A stretch of 64,000 bases of DNA from Mobula hypostoma (lineage: Eukaryota), in contig NC_086108.1 in assembly GCF_963921235.1 (NCBI RefSeq), positions 86,988,001 to 87,052,000 of the forward strand. The letters run 5' to 3'. Numbering within the stretch: position 1 is the first letter of the stretch; each line of letters begins with the position of its first letter. The position numbers and the translations under genes are program-made. Below are positions 36,531-48,831 of the stretch, piece by piece. The notes below the pieces were generated by a model, which ran no database searches, was not told the origin of the DNA, and worked only from the letters and a program-made list of their open reading frames with translations.

Positions 36531-37178
36531 AACTGAACCATTGCTCTTTTGGGTTAAAAAACTGCAACAGGACTGAAACTGGAGAGGGTAGCTAGCCAGT
36601 GTAAAGTGAAGGGGATGAGCAGTGAGACACTAGGTCTGTGTTGTGTGGCCAGGTACCAGGTCTTCTGGTGGTTATTTGGATTTATCCAGCTTAGTCTAGT
36701 CTGCAGGCCTAGTCTTCTGTCAAAATCATTCTACCCTACTCTATCTCCTAGAACTATGGATAGCAGGCATGGCCCCTTGAAAGAATCAGGACAGTCCCTC
36801 TAACTGACAATCAAGTTTTGGGCACCAAAAATTGAGCACTTAAACTCACCCGAACTGAGTTTCGGTGCTCAATCGTAAGCCAATTTGTGATTTCATCTAG
36901 TGACTGTTTTGTGCTCAGATTCTCGTTCCAGTTTGAGACCGTGTCTCGATCCTTGCCGCAGATACTCCAGCACTTGGGTCCAACCCATTCTCGTCAAAGT
37001 CTTTCGTGACAGGGAAAGGTTGAGTAGGTTAAGGCTTTATTGCCTGGAGCATAGATGAATGAGGGGAGATTTGGTAGAGGTTATTGAACCAGAAAGCAAA
37101 ACCATACACACCACAATTTAGCAACACTATGACCACTTTGACCACTTTGCATTCAAATAGACTGTTTCATTTTTATTC

Positions 37179-37908
37179 GATAGATAGATAGATAGATAGA
37201 CATACTTTATTGATCCCGAGGGAAATTGGGTTTTGTTATAGCTGCACCAACCAAGAATAGAGCATAAATATAGCAATACAAAACCACAAACAATCAAACA
37301 ACAATATGCAAACTATGCCAGATGGAAATAAGTTCAGGACCAGTCTATTGGCTCAGGGTGTCTGACCCTCCACGGGAGGAGCTGCAAAGTTCAATGGCCA
37401 CCGGCAGGAACAACCTCCAATGACACCCAGTGTTGCATCTTGGTGGAATATGGCCAGAGTCCAACAGCAAAAAGATCAACATCCGGGCTACAAGCACGTT
37501 TCTTGATCGTAATATGACCAGAATTGCACCATCTGTTGTTAACCAGAACAGCAAGCCCCCCCCCCCCTTTTACGCTTACTGCTCTCAGTGCACTTCCGGT
37601 CAGCCCAAACGGTCTGGAAACCCTCTATGGACATGTTTTGATCGGGTATGACCTCGTGCAGCCACGTTTCAGTAAAACACATAATGCTGCTCTCCGGAAA
37701 TGTTCTCTGACTCCTGGCTAGCGCCGTCAACTCGTCCATTTTATTACCCAGCAATCTCACATTGCCCATAATGAGAGAGGGAAGACATGGCTTATAACTC
37801 CTCTTCTCCATAAGTCTCTGTTGTCTCGACCCGATCCTCTTTCCTTGCCTTTTTGATCCCCCTCTGCATCCTCTGTGTGTTTTCCTCCAGATTTCAGCTG
37901 GGGTGTTC
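37179..37908 (-). mobile_element. Rex1/Babar LINE, internally deleted (endonuclease N-terminus fused to the 3' end)
   Basis: ORF 37539-37961 has IMGNVR.L.NKMDEL and CFTETWL (APE). The 3' end is homologous to 51860-52100, with a (TATC)n tail at ~37179-37200. Confidence 0.9.
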
Positions 37909-38248
37909 CTCCTTTCTTTCTCAAACTTTTTTATTAAGTTTCGAATTGATAAACATAACAATGATAATGATACAAAGAGATCGGGATTACATTAATGTCA
38001 ATGTATACAGACACAGACTCCGAGTAACATATGTAATTTAAGCCTCCCAATCTCTTAATAACTAAACATGAAAAAGATTCAAAAAATTTTATACAAAGAA
38101 TAAGTTCCTCTACACTAAAAAAAAACAAAAAAAGCAAAACAAAACAAACCAAAACAAAGGCTGGGCTGCCATGTTTCATCCGTTAAAATCATTATTTGTC
38201 ATAAACTCCACTCCTCTATACACAAACAAAAAGTTATTGAAAAGGATG

Positions 38249-40014
38249 CAATAGACAATAGACAATAGGTGCAGGAGTAGGCCATTCAGTCCTTCAAGCC
38301 AGCACCGCCATTCACTGTGATCATGGCCGATCATCCACAATCAGTACCCTGTTCCTGCCTTATCCCCATATCCCTTGACTCTGCTATCTTTAGGAGCTCT
38401 ATCTAACTTTTTCTTGAAAGAATCCAGAGAATTGGCCTCCACTGCCTTCTGAGGCAGAGCATTCCACAAATCCACAACCCTCTGTGAAAAAGTTTTTCCT
38501 CAACTCCGTTCTAAATGGTTTAACCCTTATTCTTAAACTGTGGCCTCTGGTTCTGGACTCCCCCAACATCAGGAACATGTTTCCTGCCTCTAGCAATCAG
38601 ATCCCCTCTCATCCTTCTGAATTCCAGTGTATACAAGCCCAGTCACTCCAATCTTTCAACATATGACATTCCCGCCATCCTTGGAATTTACCCAGTGAAC
38701 CTATGCTGCACTCCCTCCATAGCAAGAATGTCCTTCCTCAAATTTGGAGACCAAAACTGCACACAATACTCCAGGTGGGGTCTCACCAGGGCCTTGTACA
38801 ACTGCAGAAGGACCTCTTTGCTGCTATACTCAACTCCCCTTGTTATGAAGGCCAACGTGCCATTAGCTTTCTTCACTGCCTGCTGTACCTGTATGCTTAC
38901 TTTCAGTGACTGATGAACAAGGACACTCAGATCTCGCTGTACTTCCCCTTTTCCTAACTTGACACTATTCAGATAGTAATCTGCCTTCCTGTTCTTGCCA
39001 CCAAAGTGGATCACCTCACATTTATCCACATTAAACTGCATCTGCCATGCATCTGCCCACTCACTCAACCTGTCCAAGTCACCCTGCATTCTCATGACAT
39101 CCTCCTGACATTTCACACTGTCACTCAGCTTTGTGTCATCTGCAAATTTGCTAATGTTACTTTTAATCCCTTCATCTAAATCATTAATGTATATTGTAAA
39201 TAGCTGCGGTCCCAACACCGAGCCTTGCGGTACCCCACTAGTCACTGCCTGCCATTCTGAAAAGGACCCGTTCATCCCTACTGTTTGCTTCCTGTCTGCC
39301 AACCAATTTTCTATCCATGTCAGTACCCTACCCCCAAAACCATGTGCTCTAATTTTGCCCACTAACCTCCTATGTGGGACCTTATCAAGGGTTTTCTGAA
39401 AGTCCAGGTACACTACATCCACTGGCTTTCCCATGTCCATTTTCATAGTTACATTCTCAAAAAATTCCAAAGGATTAGTCAAGCATGATTTCCCCTTTAT
39501 AAATCCATGCTGACTCAGACCTATCCTGCTACTGCTATCCAAATATGCTGCTATTTCATCTTTTATAATTGACTCCAGCATCTTCCCCACCACTGTTGTC
39601 AGACTAACTGGTGGTATAATTGCCTGTTTTCTCTCTCCCTCCTTTCTTAAAAAGTAGGATAACATTAGCTACCCTCCAATCTGCAGGAACTGATCCTGAA
39701 TCTATAGAACATTGGAAAATGATTACCAATGCGTCCACAATTTCTAGAGCCATCTCCTTATGTACCCTGGGATGCAGACCATCAAGCCCTGGGGATTTAT
39801 GAGCCTTCAATCCCATCAGTTTACCCAACAACATTTTCTGCCTGATGCAAATTTCCTTCATTTCCTCCGTTACCCTAGGTCCTCTGGCCACTATTACATC
39901 TGGGCGTTTGTTTGTGTCTTCCCTAGTGAATACAGATCCAAAGTACCTGTTCAGCTCGTCTGCCATTTCCTTGTTCCCCATAATAATTTCACCTGTTTCT
40001 GTCTTCAAGGACCC
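38249..40014 (-). mobile_element. CR1 LINE, 5'-truncated, nested in the L1 3' region
   Basis: ORFs 39604-40008 and 38688-39665 (RT: QHGF, GVPQGSVLGP, KFADDTK); (TATTGTC)n tail. Confidence 0.95.
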
Positions 40015-41308
40015 AACGGAAAATGTCAGCTTACATCATATGAAAATGTTGAATAAATGGCCTCCAAGTTTCTTCAAATTTAACTGAAGGATCAATAGTA
40101 CCACTCCTAATTTTTTCCAAGTTTAAGCATTGAAAACCATTGAAATGTAGTAGGGGGATTAGAATCTTTCTATTTAAATAAAATGGATCTTCTGGCTATT
40201 AATGTAACAAATGCAATCAAACGACAAGCTGAAGGGGATAAACGACTAGCCTATCACTGGTAGTCCAAAAATTGCAGTAATAGGATGAGGTTGTAAATCA
40301 ATACGCAAAACTACTGAAATAATATCAAAAATGTCTTTCCAACATTTTTCCAAAAGAGGGCAAGACCAGAACTTATGTGTCAAGGAAGCTACCTCAGAAT
40401 TACATCTGTCATAGAGAGGATTTATATGGCAATAAAAACGAGCTAATTTATCCTTAGATATATGGGCCCTATGAACCACCTCAAATTGTATGAAAGCGTG
40501 TCTAGCACACATCGAAGAAGTGTTGACTAGTTGAAGAATTTTCTCCCATTTCTCTGTAGGTAAAGATACCTGAAGTTCTCTTTCCCATTCATTCTTAATT
40601 TTATCAGATGTACCTAGACGTATTTTCGTAATTAAATCATGAACAATTACTAAGAAACATAAAGATCTATTTAAAGTTAACTTTTTACCCTTAATTGATC
40701 ATGTTAAACAACTGCTTCCTAAATGGTCCCCATTGTCCTTATCATTGATTGGTCGAATTAATGCTATTAAGATGATTATTTTACCTAAATATCTGTATCT
40801 ATTTCAGGCAGTACCAAACTTCATCTCTAAATCCTTTTTTGATATTATTGATTCCAAAATTTCTTCATATATATGGCAGAATAAAAATCCTAGGTTAAGT
40901 AAGAAATCTTTACAGAAATCAAAAAAGGACGGCGGTTTGACATTGCTGAACTTTAGATTCTATTATTGGGCAATTAATATTCGATGTCTAACGTTCTGGA
41001 CACAAGATTTGGATGAAATTCAATGTCCACGATGGGTGAACCTTGAGTGCGAGTCTGTACAGGGGTTCTCATTGGCTTCTATTTTAGGGGCTTCACTTCC
41101 CTTTGCACTTACTAAACTGAATAAACAAACAATTAATCCAATAACTAAACATACAATACGAATATGGTTTCGATTTTGTAAATTTTTTGGCTTGAATAAA
41201 TTTATCCTCTCAACTCCTATTATATCCAATTTTTTCTTCCAACCATCCAGAACTGATCAAGCTTTTCTTTTATGGAAAATGAAGGGAATAACATGTTTTG
41301 GTGATTTA

Positions 41309-42790
41309 TCTATATACTACTAAAACTCTCATGCACTGTCTGTCTGTTTGTCTGTTTGTGACCTCCAATTACCGCAAATGCTGCATTACAGCGGCACTTG
41401 TTTTGGCTAAATCGAATTAAAATCCACTAACTTACAGAACGCAGGCAAAGTTCAGGGTTATATATTCATATCAAATTGCTCATTCACCAAAAATCAACAG
41501 GCTGTCTTTCACTCCAAACCCGAACGGCCATCATGGAACTCAGGACGCTACAGCCCAACGCATGCACACAGCCAGCCTCAGCAGCACCTGACGATGCTCA
41601 CAGAGCTGCTTCATCCTTCCATGGAGACCGTGACGCCACAGCCCAACGCATGCGCACGGCCAGCCTCAGCAGTTTAGAGGCTTTGGTGTTACTGCTTCCT
41701 ATCTTCTATCAAGCATTAGGGTAAAAATATACGGATAGCCCAATTATGCCACGTGGAAAGAGAAGGGGGACATTATGGTCAAGAGATGACGCCAAACGTC
41801 GTCGGGAAGCAGCAAGGAGAGGGAGAGAACAACAATCGGATGAGGCCAGGGCCGCATGACTCCAGGATCAAAGAGTCAGGACAAAAAAGATGAGAGAAGA
41901 CGAGACAGAGGAGGAGAGGTATGCATGTCTCCAAAACGACAATAGGCACAGACCGAGGAGAGAACAAGAATCCGGTCAGGCCAGGGTCACACAACTCCAG
42001 GATCAGAGAGAAAGAACAAGTGGTAGAAGAGATGAAGAGATGAAGGATGAAAGGGCTGCGCGTCCCCAGAATGATAAAAACAGGCAGAGAAAGAGGAGAG
42101 AGGAAGAGACAGAGGAGAAAAGGAAAGATCAACTCGAGAATATGCAGCACAGAGTAATTATTGCAAGAGTTGCTGAAGACAACAATGACCGCTTTCGACG
42201 ACAGTACCTCGACAGAGAAGGGGCAAGGGAAAATACACGACTCGCATGCCGTCACATTTCTGCAAATGTTGGTTCGATGACCAGAGTATGCCCTCATTAT
42301 TCACTGGAGAAACTGCACATTTCTGCTGTATGAAGGGACAGGTCAGGATAGGCAATTTGCAGCCTCTACCTAATGAACTCCTCAATTTGTACAGCAATGA
42401 TGAACCTATTGCAAATGACTTCAGGAAGAACATCAGACAATACAATTGCCTCTTCCAAATGACATCTTTTGGTGCCAAAGAAGTCATTCCAACTAGGAAT
42501 CGATGGAATCCTTCTGCGATTATTCAAGGCCAAATCCATCATTACATCGGACATTTAATTCCAGTCCCGACCCAGCAAGCCCCATTCCTTCAAATTTACT
42601 TCAGGATATTTAATGTTCATTCTGGTCACATATTTGTCTTGCAATGCATCTTTCTTCTTTAATAAGCTGAGTTTTTCTTCTTTAATTTCCAAATCAAAGA
42701 GATAGTAATAGCATTCAGGAAAATTTAATGTTTATTCTGGTCACAACAGACTGTACTACCCTTCTCTCAAAGGGTGCCCCAACTATCTAG
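41309..42790 (+). mobile_element. Non-autonomous Helitron (RepHel N-terminal remnant)
   Basis: 5' TC and 3' CTAG ends, inserted between A and T with no TSD; subterminal hairpin ACCCTT...AAGGGT. Coding remnants are R/E-rich repeats, VGSMTRVCPH, CCMKGQV and FRKNIRQYNCLFQMTSFGA. Removing it restores the L1 reading GDL|FMDN. Confidence 0.93.
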
Positions 42791-42892
42791 TTCATGGATA
42801 ATTGTCTCATGTCTTTTGAACAGTTGTCTAATAAATATAATTTGCCTAGATCACATTTTTTTCAGATATTTACAGATTAGAAACTTTTTGAA

Positions 42893-44068
42893 ACTCCTTT
42901 GACAAGGTTCCACATGGAAGGTTAGTTAGGAAGGTTAAATCCTTAGACATTAATATCGAAGCAGTAAAATGGATTCAGCAGTGGCTGGATGGGAGATGCC
43001 AGAGAGTAGTGGTGGATAACTGTGTGTCAGATTGGAGGACGGTGTTTGGCGGTGTGCCTCAGGGGTCTGTACTGGGTCCAATGTTGTTTGTCATATATAT
43101 TAATGATCTGGATGATGGGGTGGTAAATTGGATTAGTAAGTATGCAGATGATACTAAGATAGGTGGCGTTGTGGATAATGAAGTAGGTTTTCAAAGCTTG
43201 CAGAGAGATTTAGGCCAGTTAGAAGAGTGGGCTGAAAGATGGCAGATGGAGTTTAATGCTGAAAAATGTGAGGTGCTACATTTTGGTAGGACTAATCAAA
43301 ATAGGACATACATGGTAAATGGTAGGGCATTGAAGAATGCTGTAGAACAGAGGGATCTAGGAATAATGGTGCATAGTTCCCTGAAGGTGGAATCTCATGT
43401 AGATAGGGTGGTGAAGAAAGCTTTTGTTATGCTGGCCTTGATTAGTCAGAGCATTGAGTATAGGAGTTGGGATGTAATGTTGAAATTGTATAAGGCATTG
43501 GTAAGGCCAAATTTGGAGTATTGTATACAGTTCTGGTCACCGAATTATAGGAAAGATGTCAATAAAATTGAGAGAGTACAGAGGAGATTTACTAAAATGT
43601 TGCCTGTGTTTCATCTCCTAAGTTACAGAGAAAGGTTGAACAAGTTAGGTCTTTATTCTTTGGAGCGTAGAAGATTGAGGGGGGACTTGATAGAGGTATT
43701 TAAAATTATGAGGGGGATTGATAGAGTTGACGTGGATAGGCTTTTTCCATTGAGAATGGGGGAGATTCAAATAAGAGGACAAGAGTTGAGAGCTAAAGGG
43801 CAAAAATTTAGGGGTAACATGAGGGGGAACTTCTTTACTCAGAGAGTGGTAGCTGTGTGGAACGAGCTTCCAGCAGAAGTGGTTGAGGTAGGTTCAATGT
43901 TGTCGTTTAAAGTTAAATTGGATAGATATATGGACAGGAAAGGAGTGGAGGGTTATGGGCTGAATGCAGGTCAGTGGGTCTAGGTGAGAGTAAGAGTTTG
44001 GCACAGACTAGAAGGGCCGAGATGGCCTGTTTCCATGCTGTAATTGTTATATTGTTATATGGTTACAT
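42893..44068 (+). mobile_element. CR1 LINE, 5'-truncated, nested in L1; open 324-aa RT C-terminal ORF (43009-43983)
   Basis: GGVPQGSVLGP, KYADDTK, LVRPNLEYCIQFWSP. The L1 reading IRNFL|NVILPTFP is restored on removal. Confidence 0.95.
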
Positions 44069-44851
44069 GAATGTTATTTTACCTACTTTTCCGATACCAC
44101 ATCAAACTGAAATTACAGAAAAAATTTTAGGTTTAAACCCTTATCAGAAGAGTTTAATAGCAATTGTTTATAATTTAATTACGAAAATACATCTAGGTAC
44201 ATCTGATAAAATTAAGAATGAATGGGAAAGAGAACTTCAGGTATCTTTACCTATAGAGAAATGAGAGAAAATTCTTATTTTTATTCTAATTGTGTTTCTT
44301 GTAAAGTATTGTGTATAATGTTTGTTTATGCCTTCCTTAATGAATACTGCTTATATAATACTCTGTGCGTGTGATGTAGCTGCAAGTAAGTTTTTCATTG
44401 CACCTGTGTATGCATGTACTTGTGCATATGCCATTGAACTTGGTTTTGACTTTCTACTACCCATATTACTGTCAGTGGATCCTCCATCAATTATAATGGA
44501 ATTCATCAAATTTCCTTTTGGTTGTACATTCTACCTTAACTGCTGCTTCTTCTGACAACAGAAATTAATAGTTGAAGCTGCAAGTTTGCTGAAGAACATT
44601 TTATCCTGTCTGGCTTTGTATAGCCAATCTCTATCTTCTCCTTCCTCCATTTCACTGGGTATAGCTATTGGCAGACTGCCATGCCAACCAACATTGACCA
44701 ACAGGCTGCTATATGGATAACAAACATCTGCCCTTACAGAACTCACAAAAATGTGAGGGCTTTAGATAGGGAAAATGTAAGCAGGCTTTTTTCCACTGAG
44801 GTTGGATGAGATTAGAACTAGAAGTCATGGGTTAAGAGTGAAACCTGAAAT

Positions 44852-46138
44852 TGTCATGGTCCGGTCCGTGAAGTCCGCATTCCGGTTCACGGTTTGGTCC
44901 GTAGACTCAGGAGTCCGGGTCTTCCAGCTGTCCCTCATTTAAGTTAATCATAGGCACCTGATTCCCATCTTTGGGCTTGCAATATAAGTAGCCTTGGGAT
45001 TGAGTGTGGGCTGCTGGCTTGTCTTGCCAGTTCTCCTTGGAGCAACCTGCTGATGGAAGGCTAGTGAAACCATTTGTGATCTCTAGGCCTGGTTGGAGGA
45101 CCACTGCTTCATGGAGCCTTGTTGCCACTTGTTGGAGTGGTCTTTGTGGTATGGATTTGGCTGTTTCCTGGCCCAGTTGAGTGGCTGCTAGCCACTTGAA
45201 GCTAGGTAGGGATCTGGCTGTTTCCATAGCTGGCTGAGGTTGCTGGCTGAACTGAGACTCAGAGCTTCCCTGGAGCAGAGATTGAACTGTCTGTTGTTCT
45301 TTGTTGTTTGTCTCTTCTTGTCCTTGCCTCTGTGGGGTAAGCCAGGCTGTTTTGCTGTTGCCCTGCAGGGTGATCTGTCTTGTCTTGTCCTTGCCTCTGT
45401 GGGGTAAGTCAGGCCATCTGGCTGTTGTCCTGTGGGGTGACCTGTCTTGTCCTTGCCTCTGTTGGGTAAGTCTGGCTGTTCTGCCGTTACCTGATAGAGA
45501 GACCTGTCCCACCTTGGTGTGGAGATGAAGTTGAGTCCTGGCTTGTCGTAGGATGAGTCCTGGCTCTATGTCTATGTTCTGTCCTGTCTCATGTTACTGT
45601 TGTGTTAAAGATGAGTCCTGGATTGTTGAAGGATAAGTCTTGGCTCTATGTTGATGTTCAGTTCACAGTCTGTCTCTCAGCTCCAGCCTCTGAGTTATCA
45701 GCCTCTGCATTTCAAGACGAGGATCCGGCAGCCAAGCTCCAGGAGCCCGAGCCGCGAGGATCCGGCAGCCAAGCTCCAGGAGCCCGAGCCGCGAGGATCC
45801 GGCAGCCAAGCTCCAGGAGCCCGAGCCGCGAGGATCCGGCAGCCAAGCTCCAGGAACCCAAGACCTCGACATGTCATGTCCTTGCCTGGTTCTGGGGTCT
45901 GAGCCCTAGATAAGACCCAGGTTCTGGGTCCTTGTCCTGTATCGGGCTTGGAGTCTGAGCCTTGTCTCCTAGTCCATGGTTCCTAGTTCTGGTCCCGCTT
46001 TCCCTAGCCCAAGTCTGCGTTCTTGTCCCTGCTCCTTGCCTGTATCCTGTCATGTCCCTTCTCCAGTCAAGTCCTGTTTCTTGTACTTCAGTGTCTGTAT
46101 CTCACAACTGGGTCTGTTCCCAGCACCCTATTGTGACA
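44852..46138. mobile_element. Solo LTR (Gypsy-like) inserted in a CR1 3' fragment (~44750-44851 and 46139-~46385)
   Basis: TGTCA...TGACA inverted termini and a short (A)AAT duplication. The flanks rejoin as CR1 gtgaaa..gaaat|atttaaggggaacatga. Internal tandem repeats are present and there is no coding capacity. Confidence 0.8.
45718..45855 (+). repeat. 37-bp CpG-rich tandem repeat (~3.7 copies) inside the solo LTR
   Basis: Unit CGAGGATCCGGCAGCCAAGCTCCAGGAGCCCGAGCCG starts at 45718, 45755, 45792 and 45829. Confidence 0.95.
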
Positions 46139-47771
46139 AATATTTAAGGGGAACATGATGGGTAACTCCTTCACCAAAGGGGTTGTGAGAATATGGAATG
46201 AGAAGCCAGTGGAAGTTGTGGATGTGGGTTTGATTTCAATATTTAAAGGAAATTTGAATAAGTACATGGATGGGAGGGGTATGTAGGGTTATGGTGCAGG
46301 TGCCAGTCAATGGGAGTGGGCAGAATAATAGTTTGGCATGAACTAGATGAGCTGAAGGTCCTGCTTCTGTTTTGTTGTGATGTCTTCTGAGAAGTGCCAA
46401 TACAGAAGCCAGCACCTTTGAAAGAGTAATTGGTGAGACTGGTCTCCAAGTATCATGGACCAGTTATGATACTTGCTCCATGATATTCCGAGACCAAATG
46501 ATGAAATATCATCTCACTCTGTCAAGTCTGTGTGGTAGCTTGATTGTATTGGCCACCCTGTGTTAAGAGAATCTGTACATTGTCATCTTCTACCTTTGGA
46601 ACTGGAGAAGAAGGCCATCTTCAGTCTCCAAGGACTGGCTTAGAGGAGGATAGTATAATTGCCAGGAATGGAGGCAAACCCAATTTTTAATGGTGCTGGG
46701 GAGATCAGAGATGCTGACTTCAAGGGTTAGGTTTCCATTTGAAAATTTTTTCCAGATGTGTAATATTTCCAGAGGTTTGAAATTCTTCCAGTATTCTTTC
46801 ACACCATGCCTGACAATATGGGACAGCTTGTTACTTTCTGAGGCAAGCCAGAGCAGGAGATCAGAATCCCACCATTTACCTGTAGATTTGCCACTACTTC
46901 AATGGGTATTGCAGCATTGAAATAGTTCAGGCTCTGTGATCTGCTCTACAAGTACTGATTAGAGGCATTCAGCCTCTGGACCCCATCATTTATCATCTTT
47001 GAAAAGACGAAGGATCACAGGGCTTTCCTTGATCTCCTACAGCTTTCTTCCTTGCTGCTCATGGGAAGATGATCACTGTTCCCTCTAAGCTGCGTGGGTA
47101 TGCAGTTGTGCAATACCAGAATTTTCTAGTGCACAAAATTTCCAGTGTGGCTGAATTTTATTTTATATAATGTTAATATAATTTTGAAATGATATTAATA
47201 TAGTTTTAAAACCTGTTACTGTAATTGTGAAATACTCTGTGTTAATGAATATAATCCATATTTTAATAATAAATGTACCACAACCTTTGAAACATTTTAG
47301 AACTTCAATGTATTTACATTATCAATATTTCAAGTTACAACACTGTTACAAATTGTGACAATAAGCACAGAATGGAAATTGATAGCTCTTTGTTAATAAA
47401 CCATCGGCCCACCAATGCCATCTGAGTTTAAACGTTTGCAAAATATGAAAGATTTTCCTTGTTGTTCTCTATCTCATTATACCCTTCAATTAATAAATAA
47501 AACCAAAAGTATATGACTTTTTTCAAATTTCAATCTAAATATTCATAGTCTGCATATTACCAAAAACACGTTTACAGTTTTCAGACCATGTAAAAATTTC
47601 CTGCTCAGAGCAACAGTTGGTCCATGAAACTGTTTATAATAAAAAAAAATGTCAAAGATGATACATGCTCAGTACTTCAGGATGACAGTTTGTGCCGAAC
47701 TCTTCTGGCACCTGTCACCTGTAAATGATTCCTTTACAAAGGCAGTACAAACTAGACTGCACGCTTCTGAG

Positions 47772-48005
47772 TACCACACAAAATGCTGGAAAAACTCAGC
47801 AAGTCAGGCAGCATTTATGGAGGGGAATAAATAGTTCATGTTTTGAGCCAAGACCTTCCATAATTCATGAGGCCTGGTGAAGGGTCTCAGCCCACAATGT
47901 CAACGGTTTATTCCTCTCTGTAGATGCTGCCTGACCTGCTGATTACCTCCAGCATTTTGTATGTGTTACTCTGGATTCCCAGCATCTGCAGAACCTCGTG
48001 TTTAT
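47772..48005. mobile_element. Palindromic Penelope terminal-repeat MITE-like element
   Basis: acacaaaatgctggaaaaactcagcaagtcaggcagcat ... atgctgcctgacctgctgattacctccagcattttgt inverted arms, with two decayed hammerhead halves in the centre. Confidence 0.75.
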
Positions 48006-48104
48006 GATTCACTGAACATTTCTGAGAAGGGTATGAGAACAGAGGAATTTGGTGGGTAGGTTTGTTGAGATTGTCATGAAAGGAGGAGACTGTGGTAATA
48101 AATC

Positions 48105-48320
48105 AGCACGGTAATGTAGCAGTTAACACATTGCTTTAAGGCATCACCGATCTGGGTTCAATTCCCATTGTTGGCTGTAAGGAGTTAGTATACTCTTCAG
48201 TTTCCTCTGTGTGCTCCAGTTTCCTTGCCCATTCCAAACACATGCAGCTTAGGTTGGTAAGTTGTGGGCATCAATGTTGGTGCTAGAAGCAAGGCAACAG
48301 CTGTGGGCTGCCCAGCACAA
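48105..48320 (+). mobile_element. V-SINE-like tRNA SINE
   Basis: gcacggtaatgtagcagtt (A box), gggttcaattccc (B box), ctgtaaggagttagtatactct..tttcctctgtgtgctccagtttcct (V-domain-like). Confidence 0.65.
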
Positions 48321-48831
48321 AATGCTGCAATTCAAAGTTCAAAATAAATGTATTGTCGAAGTACATATATGTCACCATATACAAAGCTGAGATTCATTTT
48401 CTTGCAGGCATACACAGCAAATTCAAGAAATACAATAGAATCAATGAAAGACCAAACAATGGCCAAACAACCAATGTGCAAAAGACAACAAACTGTGCAA
48501 ATGCAGAAAGAAAATAATAAATATGCAATAACATATGGAGAACATGAGCTGAAGAGTCCTTGAAAGTGAGTCCATATGCTGTCAGAGCAGTTCAGTGATG
48601 GGGTGAATGAAGTTGAGTGAAGTTATCCCCTTTGGTTTAAGAGCCTGATGGTTGAGCAGTATTACCTGTCCCTGAACCTGGTGGTGAGAGTCCTGATGCT
48701 CCTGTACCTTCTTCCTGATGGTAGCAGCAAGAAGAGAGCATGGGCTGGGCGGTGGAGGTCCTTAATGATGGCATTTCACTATATGTTTCAATGTACATGT
48801 GCCAAATAAAGCTAATCATTAGGATCCTGTG

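Larger units (their letters stand above)
37909..44276. mobile_element. L1/Tx1-clade LINE with a 5' inversion (sense part minus 37909-~40648; inverted part plus ~40649-44276), interrupted by CR1, Helitron and CR1
   Basis: Minus ORF 40246-40512 has the C-terminal Zn knuckle region (DRC...LTHKFWSC). Plus ORF 40733-41323 has LSLIGRINAIKMIILPKYLYLFQ and K.DGGL..NFRFYYWA. The reading continues at 42791 (FMDNCLMSFEQL) and at ~44070. Confidence 0.85.

Noticed and set aside
41890..42333. R/E-rich 147-aa ORF as a captured host gene
   Set aside because: It lies directly upstream of the RepHel Cys and NIRQYN motifs and fits the charged N-terminal repeats of Helitron proteins.
45602..45913. Repetitive-peptide ORFs (EDPAAKLQEPEP...)
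   Set aside because: They are a by-product of the 37-bp tandem repeat, which is not a multiple of three, inside a solo LTR.
47074..47630. hAT-like MITE starting CACTGTTCCCTCTAAG
   Set aside because: No matching right terminal inverted repeat or TSD was found, so it cannot be supported.
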